A stretch of DNA of 64,000 bases from Tubulanus polymorphus (GCF_964204645.1 NC_134026.1:12237950-12301949); one strand, 5' to 3'. Positions 48,705 to 63,100 are shown, numbered from the stretch's first letter. The notes: a model not told the origin generated them from the letters alone. A program made the numbers and translations.

Positions 48705-50220
48705 TATATGAAAAGTGTTCATAGGAATTGAAATTTGGAGTGATATCAGTCACTGCTGTAACCCTTTTTCATTGTCAGTTCTTTTTTGGAATTCAAGTAG
48801 ATTAGTGAAAATATCAATGATGAAGTTCACTTAATATATCAAGTACCGTTTTTACTGTCGCATGCGAGTCGAAACAAAAAGATCTATCCAACTGCATATC
48901 TTCGGGTATAAACTGTGATATCCTTCAGTATGTTATGAATATCTTTAAAAATTTGTGTTCTAGTATAATACCCGAAGGTTTAACTATCGGACACATAAAA
49001 GATTCGCCATAATCAAAGTTTTTAAGAAAATCTTTCTTCGAGAAAGAAAGATCTTTAAAAGAAGGATTGGCGTCAAACTAATCCATAATGGACTGTTGTG
49101 AATTTATTGAATAATCCACCTGAGAAATTTAAAGATTTCGAAGCGAAATTTATTCATATAAATCAAAAATGCATGAATAACTTGACGTTATTTGCGGGTC
49201 TCATGAAACACTTTCGTGCGCTCTTTTTAAATCTAAAATAGAATAAATACATGCGTGTTTCGTTATAAACAAGGTTAAATTCCAAACGCACATGAAATAT
49301 GGAGCCTGTATCACACGATGTACACATCTTGAATTTTCTCTAACTACGTAGGCCCTTTCCAAATGGGAATTGTACAGTTTTTTAACGGCCGACATTCAGA
49401 GGCACCTAAAAACCGGTTGTATAGCACTTGAGATTTTCAGTGTAGGGCACATCTCACATCGACACGGCACGCGGTCGGTGGTTTAATGGTAACACATCCG
49501 GGGCCGGTTGCTCAAAAGTTGGTTAAAGATAACCGGCTGTTAAATACCATAGTAACAATGAAATTTCAATTGTCACCATATCAACTATCCACTGGTTAAC
49601 TCTAACCAACTTTTGAGCAACCGGCCCCTTGTCATTACAAGTTTTACAGTTGACGAATTCAAAAAAAGATGTCTTTGATTACGTTTTAAACATATTATTC
49701 TTCTTAATTACATTTCGCTGATTCCATAGATATTTTTTTCATGAAAATTGCTCCAGTTATAACGGATTTAAACATACATGTAAAATGATTATTTTCAAAA
49801 TATTCAATTTTCTCCGATTTTGAAGAAATTCTGACACAATATCATCTCCACTCGACACATGATTTTACTTCGGCGCCTTTGAAGGGAGTGTCACTTGTTG
49901 TTGAGTTCATATTTAGTCAAACAAGAAGATATGCCTGATTCCTTTTTAAAATTTAGATTTCAACGGATATCATCAAATTACTAGAAATGGACAGCAGCTT
50001 TCGGTCATCCGCAAAAAAATACCTAAAATGCTCTCCTAGGGTTATGGAAAAACATGTCACGAAACATACGGAAAATCCTTTGTTTGGTAGACTGAAATTA
50101 TTGAACTCTTAAATAGCAACATTCAGAGAAACAAAAACATAAGAATATATTCTCGCCCACCCTTAAAAAAACAACGTGATTTCAATTGAAGATGACACGT
50201 AGCCTCATATCAAATGATAT
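48705..50220 (+). repeat. Dispersed repeat copy 1 (copy 2 at ~54125-56000), each with different insertions
   Basis: Shared blocks such as TGAAAAGTGTTC..GGAATTGAAATTT, GGAGCCTGTATCACAC and ATGAAAATTGCTCCAGTTATAACGG; parallel spurious ORFs at 49201 and 54200. Confidence 0.85.
49500..49628. mobile_element. Harbinger-like short MITE
   Basis: GGGGCCGGTTGCTCAAAAGTTGGTTA / TAACCAACTTTTGAGCAACCGGCCCC; a related decayed copy lies at ~37957-38095. Confidence 0.75.
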
Positions 50221-50494
50221 GAACGCAACAGAGCCTATTCATTCTCTTTACGAGGATGGGTCTCCACACTCATAGGATACGATACGAGATTCGTGGGTAC
50301 GAATGATGAATACAACCGATAAAGCGCCAATTTCACTGATTCTTGCACATAAAGGTGTTTTAGAGTAATCTAGTTAACAGGTGTGTTTTAGGAGTATTTT
50401 GAATTTAAATTCAAATCGGGATTCATGACGAATATTGAGCATTCTAGGGCTGGAGCAAGAAACGTGTGGGATCGTCCGCCAATGGTATCGCCAA

Positions 50495-50898
50495 AGAAAT
50501 ACAATAATAAACTTAGTAACATATTGATTAACAACAAACCGAAAACCGAATCCCTAAACTGTGGAATTTATAAAATACCTTGTAAAGTTTGCGACAAAGT
50601 ATATATAGGAGAAACAAGTCGGAATCTTAATCAACGCATAAAAGAGCATAAATTAGATGTAAAAAACTTTAAACCTGAAAGCGGAGTTGCTAGTCATGTT
50701 TTTCAGACTTCACACAATTTTGATTTTGCTAATGCTGAATTAATTTACCTTTGCAGCGATAAAACTAGAAGACATATTTTGGAATCTGCATTAATTATTG
50801 AAAATTCGAACAACGTTGTAAACCTTAACAATGGTTTTTCACCCCATAATAAACTTATATCAAAATTCCTCTGTAAACTGGTTAAACTCAACACTTGA
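50495..50898 (+). mobile_element. Penelope-like retroelement 3' fragment (GIY-YIG endonuclease)
   Basis: CGIYKIPCKVCDKVYIGETSRNLNQRIKEH...SGVASHV...HNFDF...RHILESALI...NLNNG. Confidence 0.88.
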
Positions 50899-52689
50899 TT
50901 TCCCCTTTGATTATTTGTTATTTCCCCAAATTTTCAAAATTTTACAAGCAAAGATAATATACTTCATGCTTTTGGTGCAGAAAAAAATACATGTCCACAA
51001 AATGCAAATTGTGTTTTCAAAGTAAACGATTGAGTGTGGAATTGTTTCGAATTCAAGGTTTTGCCATTAACACTCCGGTATTTTTCGATAAGATAAGTCA
51101 AACTATTGTTGTGATGGCCAGTTGAATACTTCATCATTATATTGAAAGATATATTATACTTAATGCATCTTTTCTTAGGCCTTACAGCTTTCTCTATTGG
51201 TTAGCGTTGTGATCACTCAAAATTAACCATAAGTTTGAATTCTCACTGATCTACTACATCTCTATAACAAAAATATATTTCATATCAGGCAATTAGCTTT
51301 GATCTGTGGTCAGTGGACAGCAGCTACGAAACATTTAAAACTACTACATTATCATTCCATCTATTCATGTATATATAATATGATATGATATCTTCTTTGT
51401 TCAGTTTAAAAGTCTTGATCGTAAAAGTTTGACAAGTCTCGCATGTTGGTACCGATACGCACGTTCACGCGAGTGAAATGTGCACGTTACAGGCTCAAAT
51501 GCGCACGTTACAATTACAAATGGAAACGTTTTTCGTTCAAAACCCTACGTAAAAATCTTATGCATTTTAGCGGAATTTCAAAGTTAGCTCGCTACCTACA
51601 ACAAAAATCGGACAAGACTTTTTCAAGCGACAAATTTAAATGTAAGAGCTAGTAGTACTAACGAAGGATTCACTAAACATATAAATTACTTATGGGGGTT
51701 CTGGTTAGCACTGGTAACTGGTCTGTACTGGTCAAGCATTGGTCAGTTAAACAATTTTTAGATTAATGCCCACATCATATCTAGTTATTTGACACCAAAC
51801 AACTTAATTGTTTGCAAACAAATAATTTACTATATGGTCAGTACTGGTCATGCATTGGTCAGTTAAAAGACCATGGTCCACGCCACATTTGATACCAAAC
51901 ATGATTGGATTGTGTCGTTTCGAAAATTTATCTGTTGGGCAATTTGTGGTCAGCCCTGGTTCGTTAGGTTCTTATTTTGCGGGCATTTTATCTCGAACCA
52001 CCGAAAGACCGAATCACTAATTAATTCACCAGATCGTTAATTGCTGAAAATGAAGATTAGTGTTTAACTAATAGTCCTTGTCTGAACAAAATGTCACTGG
52101 TATGGGTCCTTCTATGGAATCATGTCCTTAACTGTACACCGTACTGTACCTTTGTACTGTATCTTTTTATGTTCACTACTACCGTAATTGACTATGATGT
52201 TTTCAAGTAGTCTTAAGTACCGCTAATAGCCGAAAGTCGTTGATTTATGTGAAATTTACATACAGCGCCACCCGTTGATAGTAAAACTAACCCGAGCAAT
52301 ACGGGTGTTAAATAGATACGCTAGCAAACCGGCATTCTCATAATGAAAAAAGATTTGATAATAATAGGCTAAAAGTGTACCGCGTGGGCTTCTAGAAAGC
52401 CTGTGGCCTTCCCAAATTTTAATTGTCCTGTCCGATTTGGTTTCGTCCAATTGAGAGACTGCCTTTTCCAGTCAGGGCATTTTTGGATCACGTCACTCAG
52501 GAAATGACTTACGCTTTTGGCCACTGTCGGTTCCACATGTTTCATTTGAGCTATAGACCACAATGGTGACACCATGATGGTCAGAAACTGACCAGTTGAG
52601 ATATCCCTGAGTCTGAACACTTGACTTCTAATTTCGGAAATTTAAGTCATGTTTGTTTTCAAACTACTAAGGAATTATCATTGCAAATT

Positions 52690-53520
52690 CGATAAACTGA
52701 CCATCACTGACCACCACTGACCAATTCAAACTTCTTGAATCTGAGAACTATATATCGCGTTATGGTGTCAAACTAGAAAGGATTCGCCATAAATATTTAG
52801 AATTCATAAATTGACCATCACTGACCACCACTGACTAATTCATACTTCTCGAATATGAGAAAGTTATAGAGCCTACCGCGTTATGGTGTCATACTAGAAA
52901 GGATTCGCCATTGAAAATTCATGAATTGACCATCACTGACCACCACTGACCAATTCAAATTTCTCGAATGTGAGAACGATATATCGGTACCGCATTTTGT
53001 GTGAAACTAGAAAGGATTCGCCATTGAAAATTCATGAATTGACCATCACTGACCACCACTGATCAATTCATAATTCTCGAATATGTGAAAGATATACCGC
53101 GTTATGGTGTCAAACGAGAAAGGATTCGCCATTGAAAATTCATGAATTGACCATTACTGACCACCACTGACCAATTTCAACTCGAATATGAGAACTATAT
53201 ACCGGTACCGAATTTTGTGTGCAACTAGAAAGGATTCGTCATTGAAAATTCATAAATTGACCATCAGTGTCCAACACTGACCAATTCAAACTTTCTCGAA
53301 AATAAGAACGATATACCAGTACCGCATTTGGTGTGAAACTAGAAAGGATTCGCCATTGAAAATTCACCATCACTGACCACCACTGACCAATTCATGCTTC
53401 TCGAATGTAAGAACGATATACCGGTACCGCATTTGGTGTGAAACTAGAAATGATTCGTCATTAAAACTCATAAATTGACAATCGCTGACCACCACTGCCC
53501 AAGTGAACCTTCTCGAATAT
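52690..53520 (+). repeat. Tandem array of ~8 units of ~110-115 bp
   Basis: Unit TGACCATCACTGACCACCACTGACCAATTC...GTGTGAAACTAGAAAGGATTCGCCATTGAAAATTCAT starts at ~52698, 52812, 52927, 53040, 53148, 53258, 53367 and 53476. Confidence 0.9.
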
Positions 53521-54124
53521 CGTGGTCGAAAGTGCTGCCGTCGTATTGCTATTTCTATAGACCAGCAGTATGTTTTGCTACTGATTTTGAATGGCGTTGA
53601 CATGATGGAAATGTATTACCCTAAATAGGTTACACATCTGGATCACAGCACCTCACTTGCCGCAGTGCATTATTTTTCACTACATAGTAAATGCATAAAC
53701 TTTTTTACTACTTGACTCGAAGCTTGACTCGAATCATCTGAACAGTACTGCGTTTGAAAACTCAGCGAATAGAAAATGTTTGCGAGATGCGCCTACAAAT
53801 AAGTTATGATAAGATTAAATCTATGGTTATTCGATGCTTAAAAAAACAATTAAATCACAAGATGACTATCACCCATCGTTCAACCAATCCGCGCGATACC
53901 AATTTATTAAATCATTAAACGCATTGGGCTCCTAATATTTGAAATCATTTGTTACACTATTTGTTCTTTAGACTTGGTCACTTTTGTTTCAGAAAACCGC
54001 GTACTAGACCAGTGATCACCAAGGCATTAAAAAAGTTATGAAAATTTGATGGTAACGATTTTTCTTTCAAAAAACTGTTGCGTTAATATTTCAAGTTTTG
54101 TTTTTTTCTCTTGTATAGAATTCA

Positions 54125-56000
54125 CTATGAAAAGTGTTCAGGAATTGAAATTTGTTGTGATATCAGTCACCTGTTAGGTCCTATGGCCCTTTTTCATTAT
54201 CAGTTCTTTATTGCACTATCATGCACTCTTTTTAAATCTAAAATAGAAAAAAAACATATGTGTTTCATTATAAACAAGGTTAATTTCCGAACGCAATGGA
54301 ATATGGAGCCTGTATCACACATTACACATCTAGCATTTTCTCTAACTACGTAGGTCCCTTCCAAATGGCAATTGTTCAGTTTTTTAACGGCCGACATTCA
54401 GGAGGGAGGCAAAACAGATGGTAGCGCTTGAGATTTTCAGTGTAGGCCACATCTCACATCGACTCGGCTCGCGGTCGGTTAGTGTTTAATGTTGACCGTT
54501 AACCAGAACGTCTGCTTGATCAGTAAGCCTTTTATCATGGCCCAGTTGGGCCCCACGCTTTCTATTCTCTGACATCGTTCTCGAGGCTCGAGGGACCAAT
54601 TTCCTAAATTCTGCAGGAATATAGATAGGAACGAACTAACCCATATGATTTTCTGTACAACACTGACTCAACTTTATTTAACGACTTAACATACACAATA
54701 TAATGCCTGGTCAGGCATGAAGGAGGCTTACAGAAATAAAGGCCAAATCCAGAGTTATTACCACATACACATAAGCCAAACACAATTCAGGACAACAGTT
54801 GACGAATTCAGAACACTTTTTTCAAATGTCTTTGATAACATCTTAAACATAGTATTCTTCTTGACGTATTGGCCCCACTCCGCGCAGTTGCGCCACGCAC
54901 GGGATTTACGCGAAGCAGCATAACACAAACATGGCCACTCTCTCAATTTTCAATGATAGAAATCGTGTGTGCATTTCAATCATTTCGGCTGTAAGGGTTT
55001 TAAGGCACAATATGAGTTGATGATGTGATATGGCGATGTTGATTAATGATAATTCCGCAGTGACGCTAGTCACGAACGGTGCCGATTGAATGTACAGCTG
55101 CCAAAAACACTGAAATGTGCGTAGTTGCGTAACTATTTGCAGTGAATTGCAGACGAAACATGAAGCCTTAACGGCCGTTTAAAAATTATACCAATCGCAA
55201 TTGTAAAATAAAAATGAGATAGAACCTAAGTTAAAATTCTGGCCATTTCTAAAATGTTATTACTAATTTTTAGTCAGTGCGGAACGTTTAGTATTCCAAC
55301 AATAATGAGGGGTGGTAGGTAGTCATGCAATTCAAGTCATCATTTATTACACGTTACTTCCGTGTTGTTGAAAATCTCGCGAGTCCTGGACCAAACCCCA
55401 ATGAACAATGTGATCTGTGTGCTGGCCACAAATGCACACAGATCACACTACACTACCCATTACACACTCCAGTACCCACAGCTTTCATATATCCATCCAA
55501 ATATTTAGTGTCTTTCTTCCTGGATTACATTTCGCTGATTCCAAAGATATGTTTTTTTTAATGAAAATTGCTCCAGTTATAACGGATTTAAACATAAATG
55601 TAAAATCATATTTTCAAAATATTCAATTTTCTCCGATTTTGAAGAAATTCTGACACAATATCATCTCCACTCGACACAACATTTTACTTCGGCGCCTTTT
55701 AAGGGAGTGTCCCTTAAAGTTGAGTTCATACTTAGTCAAACAAGGAGATATGCCTGATTCCTTTTTAAAATTAAAATTTCGACAGATTTCATCAAATTAC
55801 TACAAAGGGACAGCAGCTTTCGGCCATCCGCGAGAAATACCTAAAATGCAGCCCTAGGGTTATGGAAAAACAGGACACGAAACGTTCCTTTGTTTGGTAG
55901 ACTGAAATGATTGAACACTTAAATAGCAACATTCAGAGAAACAAAAACATAAGAATATATTCTCGCCCAACCGTTGAAAAAAACATAACGTAATGATATG
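54125..56000 (+). repeat. Dispersed repeat copy 2 (see 48705-50220)
   Basis: Colinear similarity with copy 1, plus extra inserts at ~54500-54795 and ~54870-55520. Confidence 0.8.
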
Positions 56001-56003
56001 AGG

Positions 56004-59000
56004 CAGTTCCTGAATTTCGCTGAAAAAGCTGAATCACTGAAACGCTGAAACGCTCAAATAAAAACGCTGAAATTTCAGGGAATTTCCGAAAAACGCCGAA
56101 ATTTCAGGGAATTCCCGAAAAACGCTGAAATCGTGCTAGGTACCGACAATACACGTTTTGAAATATTTTCCGGGCCGGTGTCCGCTGACGAGTCCTGAAC
56201 CGTGTTTTAGTCTCTAGCTTCGGTTACAGAGACATGCATGGACAGTATGTGTGCAGTATACTTCTAGAGGGCCACTTGTTGGGCAAAAGGTAGAAAGTTT
56301 CTTTTGTCCAATGTCGTATAGCGCCGCCGCGGTCGAAAATCGAACTAATCTGTCAAGTCGATAATTTTCTAAGTGAGAAGACGCCGCGTTCAGTTCGCGG
56401 TACACTGTACGTACAGTTTTTCGATACACTGCTGTTCAACAAATTTGTTTTGAAGTTGAAGTTCACAGCGCGCTATTCAGTTTTCAGAAGTAGAGGGCTT
56501 AAATAACATCATTCGTAAGATCTCAGATTGAATATTTTCATCAGATTCAGAGCTCAGTTCATTGTTTAAAATGTGTTATTTCATGTATTAGACAGAGTTA
56601 CTTCTATTACTCTGACAGGAGTTTTCATGTCATAATTTTTTTACCTCATGTGTAACTCAATTATAGCAGAGTTGATTGTTTAATTATCAATTATTAATTT
56701 ATAAATAAATTAGTATTATTAATTTAATTATTGGAATGATTATTATTAAGAGATATGACATTGTAAACATATATATAATGCACAGATATGGATGTTATAT
56801 ATAATCCAAAGATATGGATGTTATAATGATAATGTATTTCTACTCGCATAGAAATGAGACTAAAGTTTTCCTGTTTGGATATTATAAAAGCCTATAAGTC
56901 CTTTGCCAAGGATATGAATGGTTTGTGATGATATTATGTTAACTAAATTCATTTGTTGGTTGAACGATTTCAATTAATATCGCAATATTTAGCATTCGTG
57001 ATGTAATTAATATGATAGAGATATGGCCATTTGTCTATTGTTTATGTTAGCAAAAGATTGCATTTGATATAGAAGGCTTTAAAATCTTTTGATGTATGGT
57101 TGAGATTTTCAAAATAAATGTGATGCTTACATGAGATAATTGGAACTAGATGTTTTATTTCATTTTTATCAAGTATCGATGGATGAGAAGTCTTTCGACG
57201 ATGTGCAGTTAGCCCATAAGAGTTTGCCTTAAAATACCAGTCTAAGCTGAATTTAATTCATACCGCCGTTACAGTACCATAAAATTCACACAAAATCTTT
57301 AGCGTCATTGGAATAGGACGTCCCCTGTTTCACATCCGGCAGGTGTGTTGACGGTGGGTAAGTTTAATAAGGTACACCAAATCTATTAAAACGATCGCTA
57401 TTTTAAAATCAAATCATCCCGAAGAAATTGGGGATTCGAACCTATCGGATATATACTGGTACTCGGCGTCTTTCCACTCAACAAAACATCGTCAATAACA
57501 TTAGTTCTTATTATTGCTAAGTAGCGGCGCTACCGGTACTGTCGATCGGACATTAGAAACTTTCTACCTTTTGCACTTGTTGGACAAATTAATTCGCTTG
57601 AAATCCGGATTTTTAATGCATACAGGCAGCATAATGAGGAAAACCCATTCACAAACCGTGCAAGCCATCTTAAACACTATGCTCAATATTCCCTGCAAGA
57701 CGCAAAATATCTTATTTGAACGTTCATGTATAAAACATGGAGCAACTTTTTTTTTGTCAACACGTTGATGGGCGACGGACTATGTCACTATGTATTCTCT
57801 GAAGGAGGTAAATTAAATTTGACAGCTAGTTTTATAAATGATGCAGCTTTTGGACAAAAGGGATCTAACTAAATTTCTTTTTAAATCACTGTGGAATGGA
57901 ATGGAATGGAATTGACGCCAATGGCATGCAGTAGGCCCCTACGTATGGGTCATACTGATTAGCGTCAACCAATTAATCTAAATCGGGCAAACCATTCAAC
58001 AACTGTGAATAATATATTTGCTGTGGCGTGATAATAATTAGTTTTTTTCTGAAGAAATGACATACCAACTGTTAGAAAAATGTACCGATTCTTATTTTTA
58101 GACTACTACTGAATCTATAAAAGGAGGAGTCATAGACAAAGTTGATTTGCTTAGCTGGAGACACTTCTTGTCAAGTACATCATCTCAAGTACTGGGTGTT
58201 TTGTAAGTTTAATTTCAGTATTTATTTACTAAGTGCTGTTCCCTCGGACCTCAGTGCTTTCAAACTAGGCCCAACCCATAGGCTATATAGTCCAGGGTGT
58301 ATAAGCCACTATTCTTTTATATCCTACTAAAATGCACCTTTTTCTATTTTTAGATTCAGGCTTAAGCCTAGCGCACATCGACACTGCGATTGGAGACAAC
58401 TAGTTGCTACCGAACGATTACCCCGCGCACATCGAAATCTAGTTACAACCGGTCAGTTGCAGCAACTGCATGGCGCGTGTCTATCGTCGAGATCCAGAGC
58501 GCGCACATCGACGGATATGACTGCGATATGATATGACTGCGGATATGACTGCGACTCGACGCTTACCAATCGTAAGCTCGCTCACATCGACACATTCAAG
58601 CAACTGATCGTATCCAGCCAGTTCCTCTCATGCGCCGAAAACTGCCTTGCAACTAGTTGTCTCCAATCGCAGTGTCGATGTGCGCTAGGCTTTAGAATGT
58701 GCAAATTTTTTGAGATACTGAGAAATCAACTGGCACCAGTAAACTTCAACTGCGAAATTTGCAGCAGGATAGCTGAACGACACAATTTCTAAAAATAAAA
58801 TGGCTATTCGAATGCTATTTCAATAATAACTTGATTCAACCAGAGACAAATAAGTCAATTGCGGATGTACAGTACACCCACTTTTTCTTCCCTGTTTCCT
58901 GGTACCAAATTTTTAGTCTTAAGCTAAGCGTTATTCTAAGGTATGCTAGTGGATTTCATTAGAATATGAAGCAATGGAACCAGAATTCTAGCCAGAGTTA

Positions 59001-59993
59001 AGCGAACTATTGATTCTGATATAATGTAGGAACTGATTTCCTTTGTGTACTCTTGCAGAATGTGTTATGTATTATTTCAAGCTGTTAAATAATATAGTTA
59101 GACAAACGTCCAATAATGGATCTTTCTTGTTGACTCGTTTATTTTGTGAGTTAAGAGTTCCAGTCAATCCACAATGTGCAGCCTTCATCTTCACTAAAGC
59201 CAAGCCTGTGTATGGGAAAATATCGTTCGACTCCTATAGGCCAGACGAATCAAAGCATGCAATAAATTGCAGATAGTAGTCTCCGGCAAGTCGAAAGAGA
59301 AAGTAAACCAGGTTTTACCCCGTACCCTACCAGGGAACAAAGACACTTAAAGACTCCTTCCTCCTTGTAGAAATTGTAGAAATATGGCACTCAATCGTAG
59401 CAATGCTAAGTACAGTATACTATGACGGTTGAACCTTTATTAAGGAATTTCAATGACACCGAAAATAGAATCAAAATAATCTTTAGTTCCATGCTAGCAC
59501 TTAATTTGGGTTATCAGGTTCAGCCTAACTGTACTTTCATTCAGCTACTACTTGTATGAGACTTGGCAAAGATAAGTTGCAAGAAATCACCAAACATAAG
59601 AAAAAATATTGTGAATTAATATTACTGTAATTAAGAATTTATTCAAATGAAGTGATAACTTCATTGTTAGATCGTACCGGTATATGCACATAAAACTATG
59701 GCAAAAAACACATCTAGCAATCCGCAATCGATCAAGTCGATCATGACGACGACCTTAAGGCTTGTCTCTGTAACCGAAGCTAGAGCATAAAACACGGTTC
59801 AGGACTCGTCAGCGGACACCGGCCCGGAAAACATTTCAAAACGTGTATTGTCGGTACCTAGCACGATTTCAGCGTTTTTCGGGAATTCCCTGAAATTTCG
59901 GCGTTTTTCGGAAATTCCCTGAAATTTCAGCGTTTTTATTTCAGCGTTTCAGCTTTTCAGTGTTTCAGCTTTTTCAGCGAAGTTCAGGAACCG
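56004..59993. mobile_element. ~4-kb non-autonomous DNA transposon with ~230-bp TIRs
   Basis: 56004-56234 is the reverse complement of 59763-59993, with internal CGCTGAAA subrepeats. No clear TSD and no transposase seen. Confidence 0.8.
58365..58691. mobile_element. PIF/Harbinger-type MITE
   Basis: Perfect ~43-bp TIR AGCCTAGCGCACATCGACACTGCGATTGGAGACAACTAGTTGC with a TTA duplication. Confidence 0.88.
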
Positions 59994-60198
59994 GACAAAT
60001 CAAAGCATGCAATACATTGCAAATAGAAGTCTCCGGGAAGTTGAAAGAGAAAGTAAACCAGGTTTACCCCGTACTCTACCCGGGAACAAAGACACTTAAA
60101 GACTCCTTCCTCCTTGTAGAAATTGTAGAAATATGGCACCCAATCGTAGGAATGCTAAGTACAGTATACTATGACGGTTGAACCTGTATTCTGAAACA

Positions 60199-63100
60199 TG
60201 GTGGCAGCGTGTGAAACGATGGTACCCATATAATTCAACCGGTGTTGATGAACTTGAGACAGTTAACCGTTGTTAATGGATATTTGCCTGGATTTCAACC
60301 GATGTTCAATACTTGATTATAAGAATTGGCTGTGATTATATTTTGTGTTACGAGGATTGTATAGTGGAATATTCTGAAAAGTGGCAAGTACGTAATTCTT
60401 AAATATGTCCACATCAAACCAAACCGCAACAGCTCCTGTGCTGAGTAATGGACAAAGGCCGGTGGCAGGTGTCTCTCCACCGAGACCTTTCGTGATTACG
60501 GACAATGAAAATCTTAAAGACACTTGGGAACTCTGGAAACAACAATGGCAAAATTATGAAATAATTGCAAACATCGGAGCATACCCGGAACAGTACCAGT
60601 GTGCCCTGTTCCTCCATAGTATAGGGACGGAGGCAGTGAAGGTGTGTAATTCGTTTAGTTGGGCCAACCAAGATGACAAAACGAAGATTGCGAAGATTAT
60701 TGATAAATTCGATTTGTATACGTCAACTGCAACTCACGAGACGTACGAGCGTTATAAATTCAATAACAGAAATCAAAATCCAAGTGAGAATTTTGAAGCT
60801 TATTTGTCTGCGATCCGAATTTTAGCGAAATCGTGTAACTTCTGCGAATGCTTATGTGAGTCACTAATCAGAGACAGGATCGTGTTGGGGATACGTGGCG
60901 ATGAAACTCGTAAAAAGTTACTGGAATATAGAGACCTGGACTTGAATAAATGTATCGATTTATGTCGCTCTGCAGAATCAACACATATGCAAATTAAAGG
61001 ACTGGCGATATCTGGTTCGAATTCCGAGACAACTGTGAATCGCGTGATTCATCAGAAAAAACCTCAGTATAAATATCCGAAGCAGAAAGCGCCAAGTCCA
61101 AAGTTCAATGGCAATAAACCAAGGAATTGCAGATTCTGTGGTAAAGAACATCCGTTTATAAAAGGGACATGTCCTGCGTATGGAAAAAAGTGCCATGGTT
61201 GCGGAATTATGGGTCACTTTTTAACAATGTGTTCGAAACGTAGTAAAAAAGTGTCAGCTGTAAACGCTGAACCAGATGCTCAAGACGTATATTACATAAA
61301 TCAGGTCAGGACTCCTGAGAACAGTGAAACTAATGATGAAATATATGCGCAGATGTATATCGGTTCGAGGAAAATTCGTTTTCAAGTCGATTCCGGGGCT
61401 AAACCTAATTTATTGCCCATTAGGTATGTGGAACGATTGAAATATATACAGCCTACGAACAAAGTGTTGTGAATGTGGGACGAGACGACACTAAAACCTG
61501 CAGGAGAAATCAGGTTGATTGTGCGAAATCCCAAAAACAGAAAGAAATATTCTGTCTTGTTTATCGTAGTCAATGAAAACTTGACTCCGATAATTGGCTC
61601 TACTGTTGCAGAAATCATGGGGTTGATTAGCGTGAATGAAGAAAACTTCGTGCGCGTGCGCAGTGTATCGACGTCAGCATTGATTGAAGAATACAGCGAT
61701 GTATTCGATCGCGAGATCGGAAAATTGCCGGGAAAAGTGAGCCTTAAATTGTCTGATGATGCAGTACCGAGGGCTATGCCAGTCAGGCATTTCGCACATG
61801 CGTTGAGAGGAAAGGTCAAAGCTAAATTAGACCATTTGGTGGAAGTAGATGTCTTGGCGGAAGTAGATCAGCCTACTGAATGGATGAACAGTTTAGTAGT
61901 GAATGAAAAAAAGAACTCTGATGACATTCGAATATGTTTAGACCCTCTTCACTTAAACAAATATTTAGTTCGCGAGAGATACCCTCTTCCCGTCATCGAT
62001 GACATCTTGCCACAATTGTCAAAAGCAAAAGTGTTCTCTACTATTGACCTACGATCTGGATTTTGGCATCTTGAGTTAGATGATCAGTCCAGCCTGTTGA
62101 CTACGTTCGCTACTCCTTTCGGGAGATACCGTTTCAAGAGGCTACCTTTTGGCCTCTCTGTAAGTTCTGAGATATTTCTGAAACATCTGACTCAGGCAAT
62201 AGAAGGCCTAGAGGGTGTTGCCTGTATAGTTGATAACATCACGATTTATGGTGTAGGCGACACCTACGAAGAAGCGTTGAAGGACCATGATCGTAAATTA
62301 AAGGCAGTCCTCGACCGTTGTCGAGAGAAAGGGATAGCGATAAACATTCAAAGATTAAAGCTGCATCAAAAGGAAGTGATATTTACGGGACATGTGTTCA
62401 CCGATAATGGACTTAAAATTGATCCTGGGAAGGTTAAAGCAATAACCAATATGCCAGCTCCTACGGACGTCGCAGGAGTACAGAGATTAAATGGCATGAT
62501 TGGGTATTCATCGAGATTTATGCCGAACTTATCGGATATTATAGAACCCATACGTCGACTTACGAGGCGAGAGGTGACGTGGAACTGGGGCAGTGAACAG
62601 GAGAATGCCTTCAAGAGAATCAAACAAATGTTAATTGAAGCACCTTTGTTAGCATACTTTGACCCTGATAAGGACATAGTATTGCAATGTGACAGTAGCA
62701 AAAATGGACTGGGGGCATCAATTATGCAAGATGGCCGCCCATGTGCCTATGCAAGTCGTGCATTAACAGAGACGGAGCAGCGTTACGCTCAGATCGAGAA
62801 AGAAGCATTGGCCATCGTTTATGGCCTTGAGAAATTTCATCAGTATGTCTATGCTCGTCCTGTAAAAGTTGAAACTGATCACAAGCCAATAGAGGCAATC
62901 GTACAAAAACCTCTATCGAAAGCGCCGCGAAGATTGCAAAATTTATTTTTGCGGATGCAGAATTACGATACAACAATCGTATACAAAAAAGGCAAAGAAA
63001 TGTATATAGCGGACACTCTTTCGCGTGCATATGTATCTGAGAGTGCAGCTGAAAATATACACGTCATGAACATGGTAAAATATTTACCGATGAATAGACA

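Noticed and set aside
52690-53520. CRISPR-like appearance of regularly spaced repeats (also the HINE subrepeats)
   Set aside because: The sequences between the conserved cores are homologous to each other rather than unique spacers; the context is eukaryotic and there are no cas genes.
56184-56215. Hammerhead ribozyme core (CTGACGAG; also CTGATGA..GAAAC at ~17900)
   Set aside because: I could not build stems I-III and the GAAA/UH elements in the right geometry. An Infernal search would be needed.
57425-57480. tRNA gene on the minus strand (GGTTCGAATCC B-box)
   Set aside because: No complete cloverleaf or acceptor stem; at best a decayed tRNA-derived SINE head.
61470-61472. Programmed gag-pol stop-codon readthrough
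   Set aside because: The TGA lies inside the protease domain after VDSGA, and the element has other lesions (RT IVDN, frameshifts). A nonsense mutation such as CGA>TGA is more likely.
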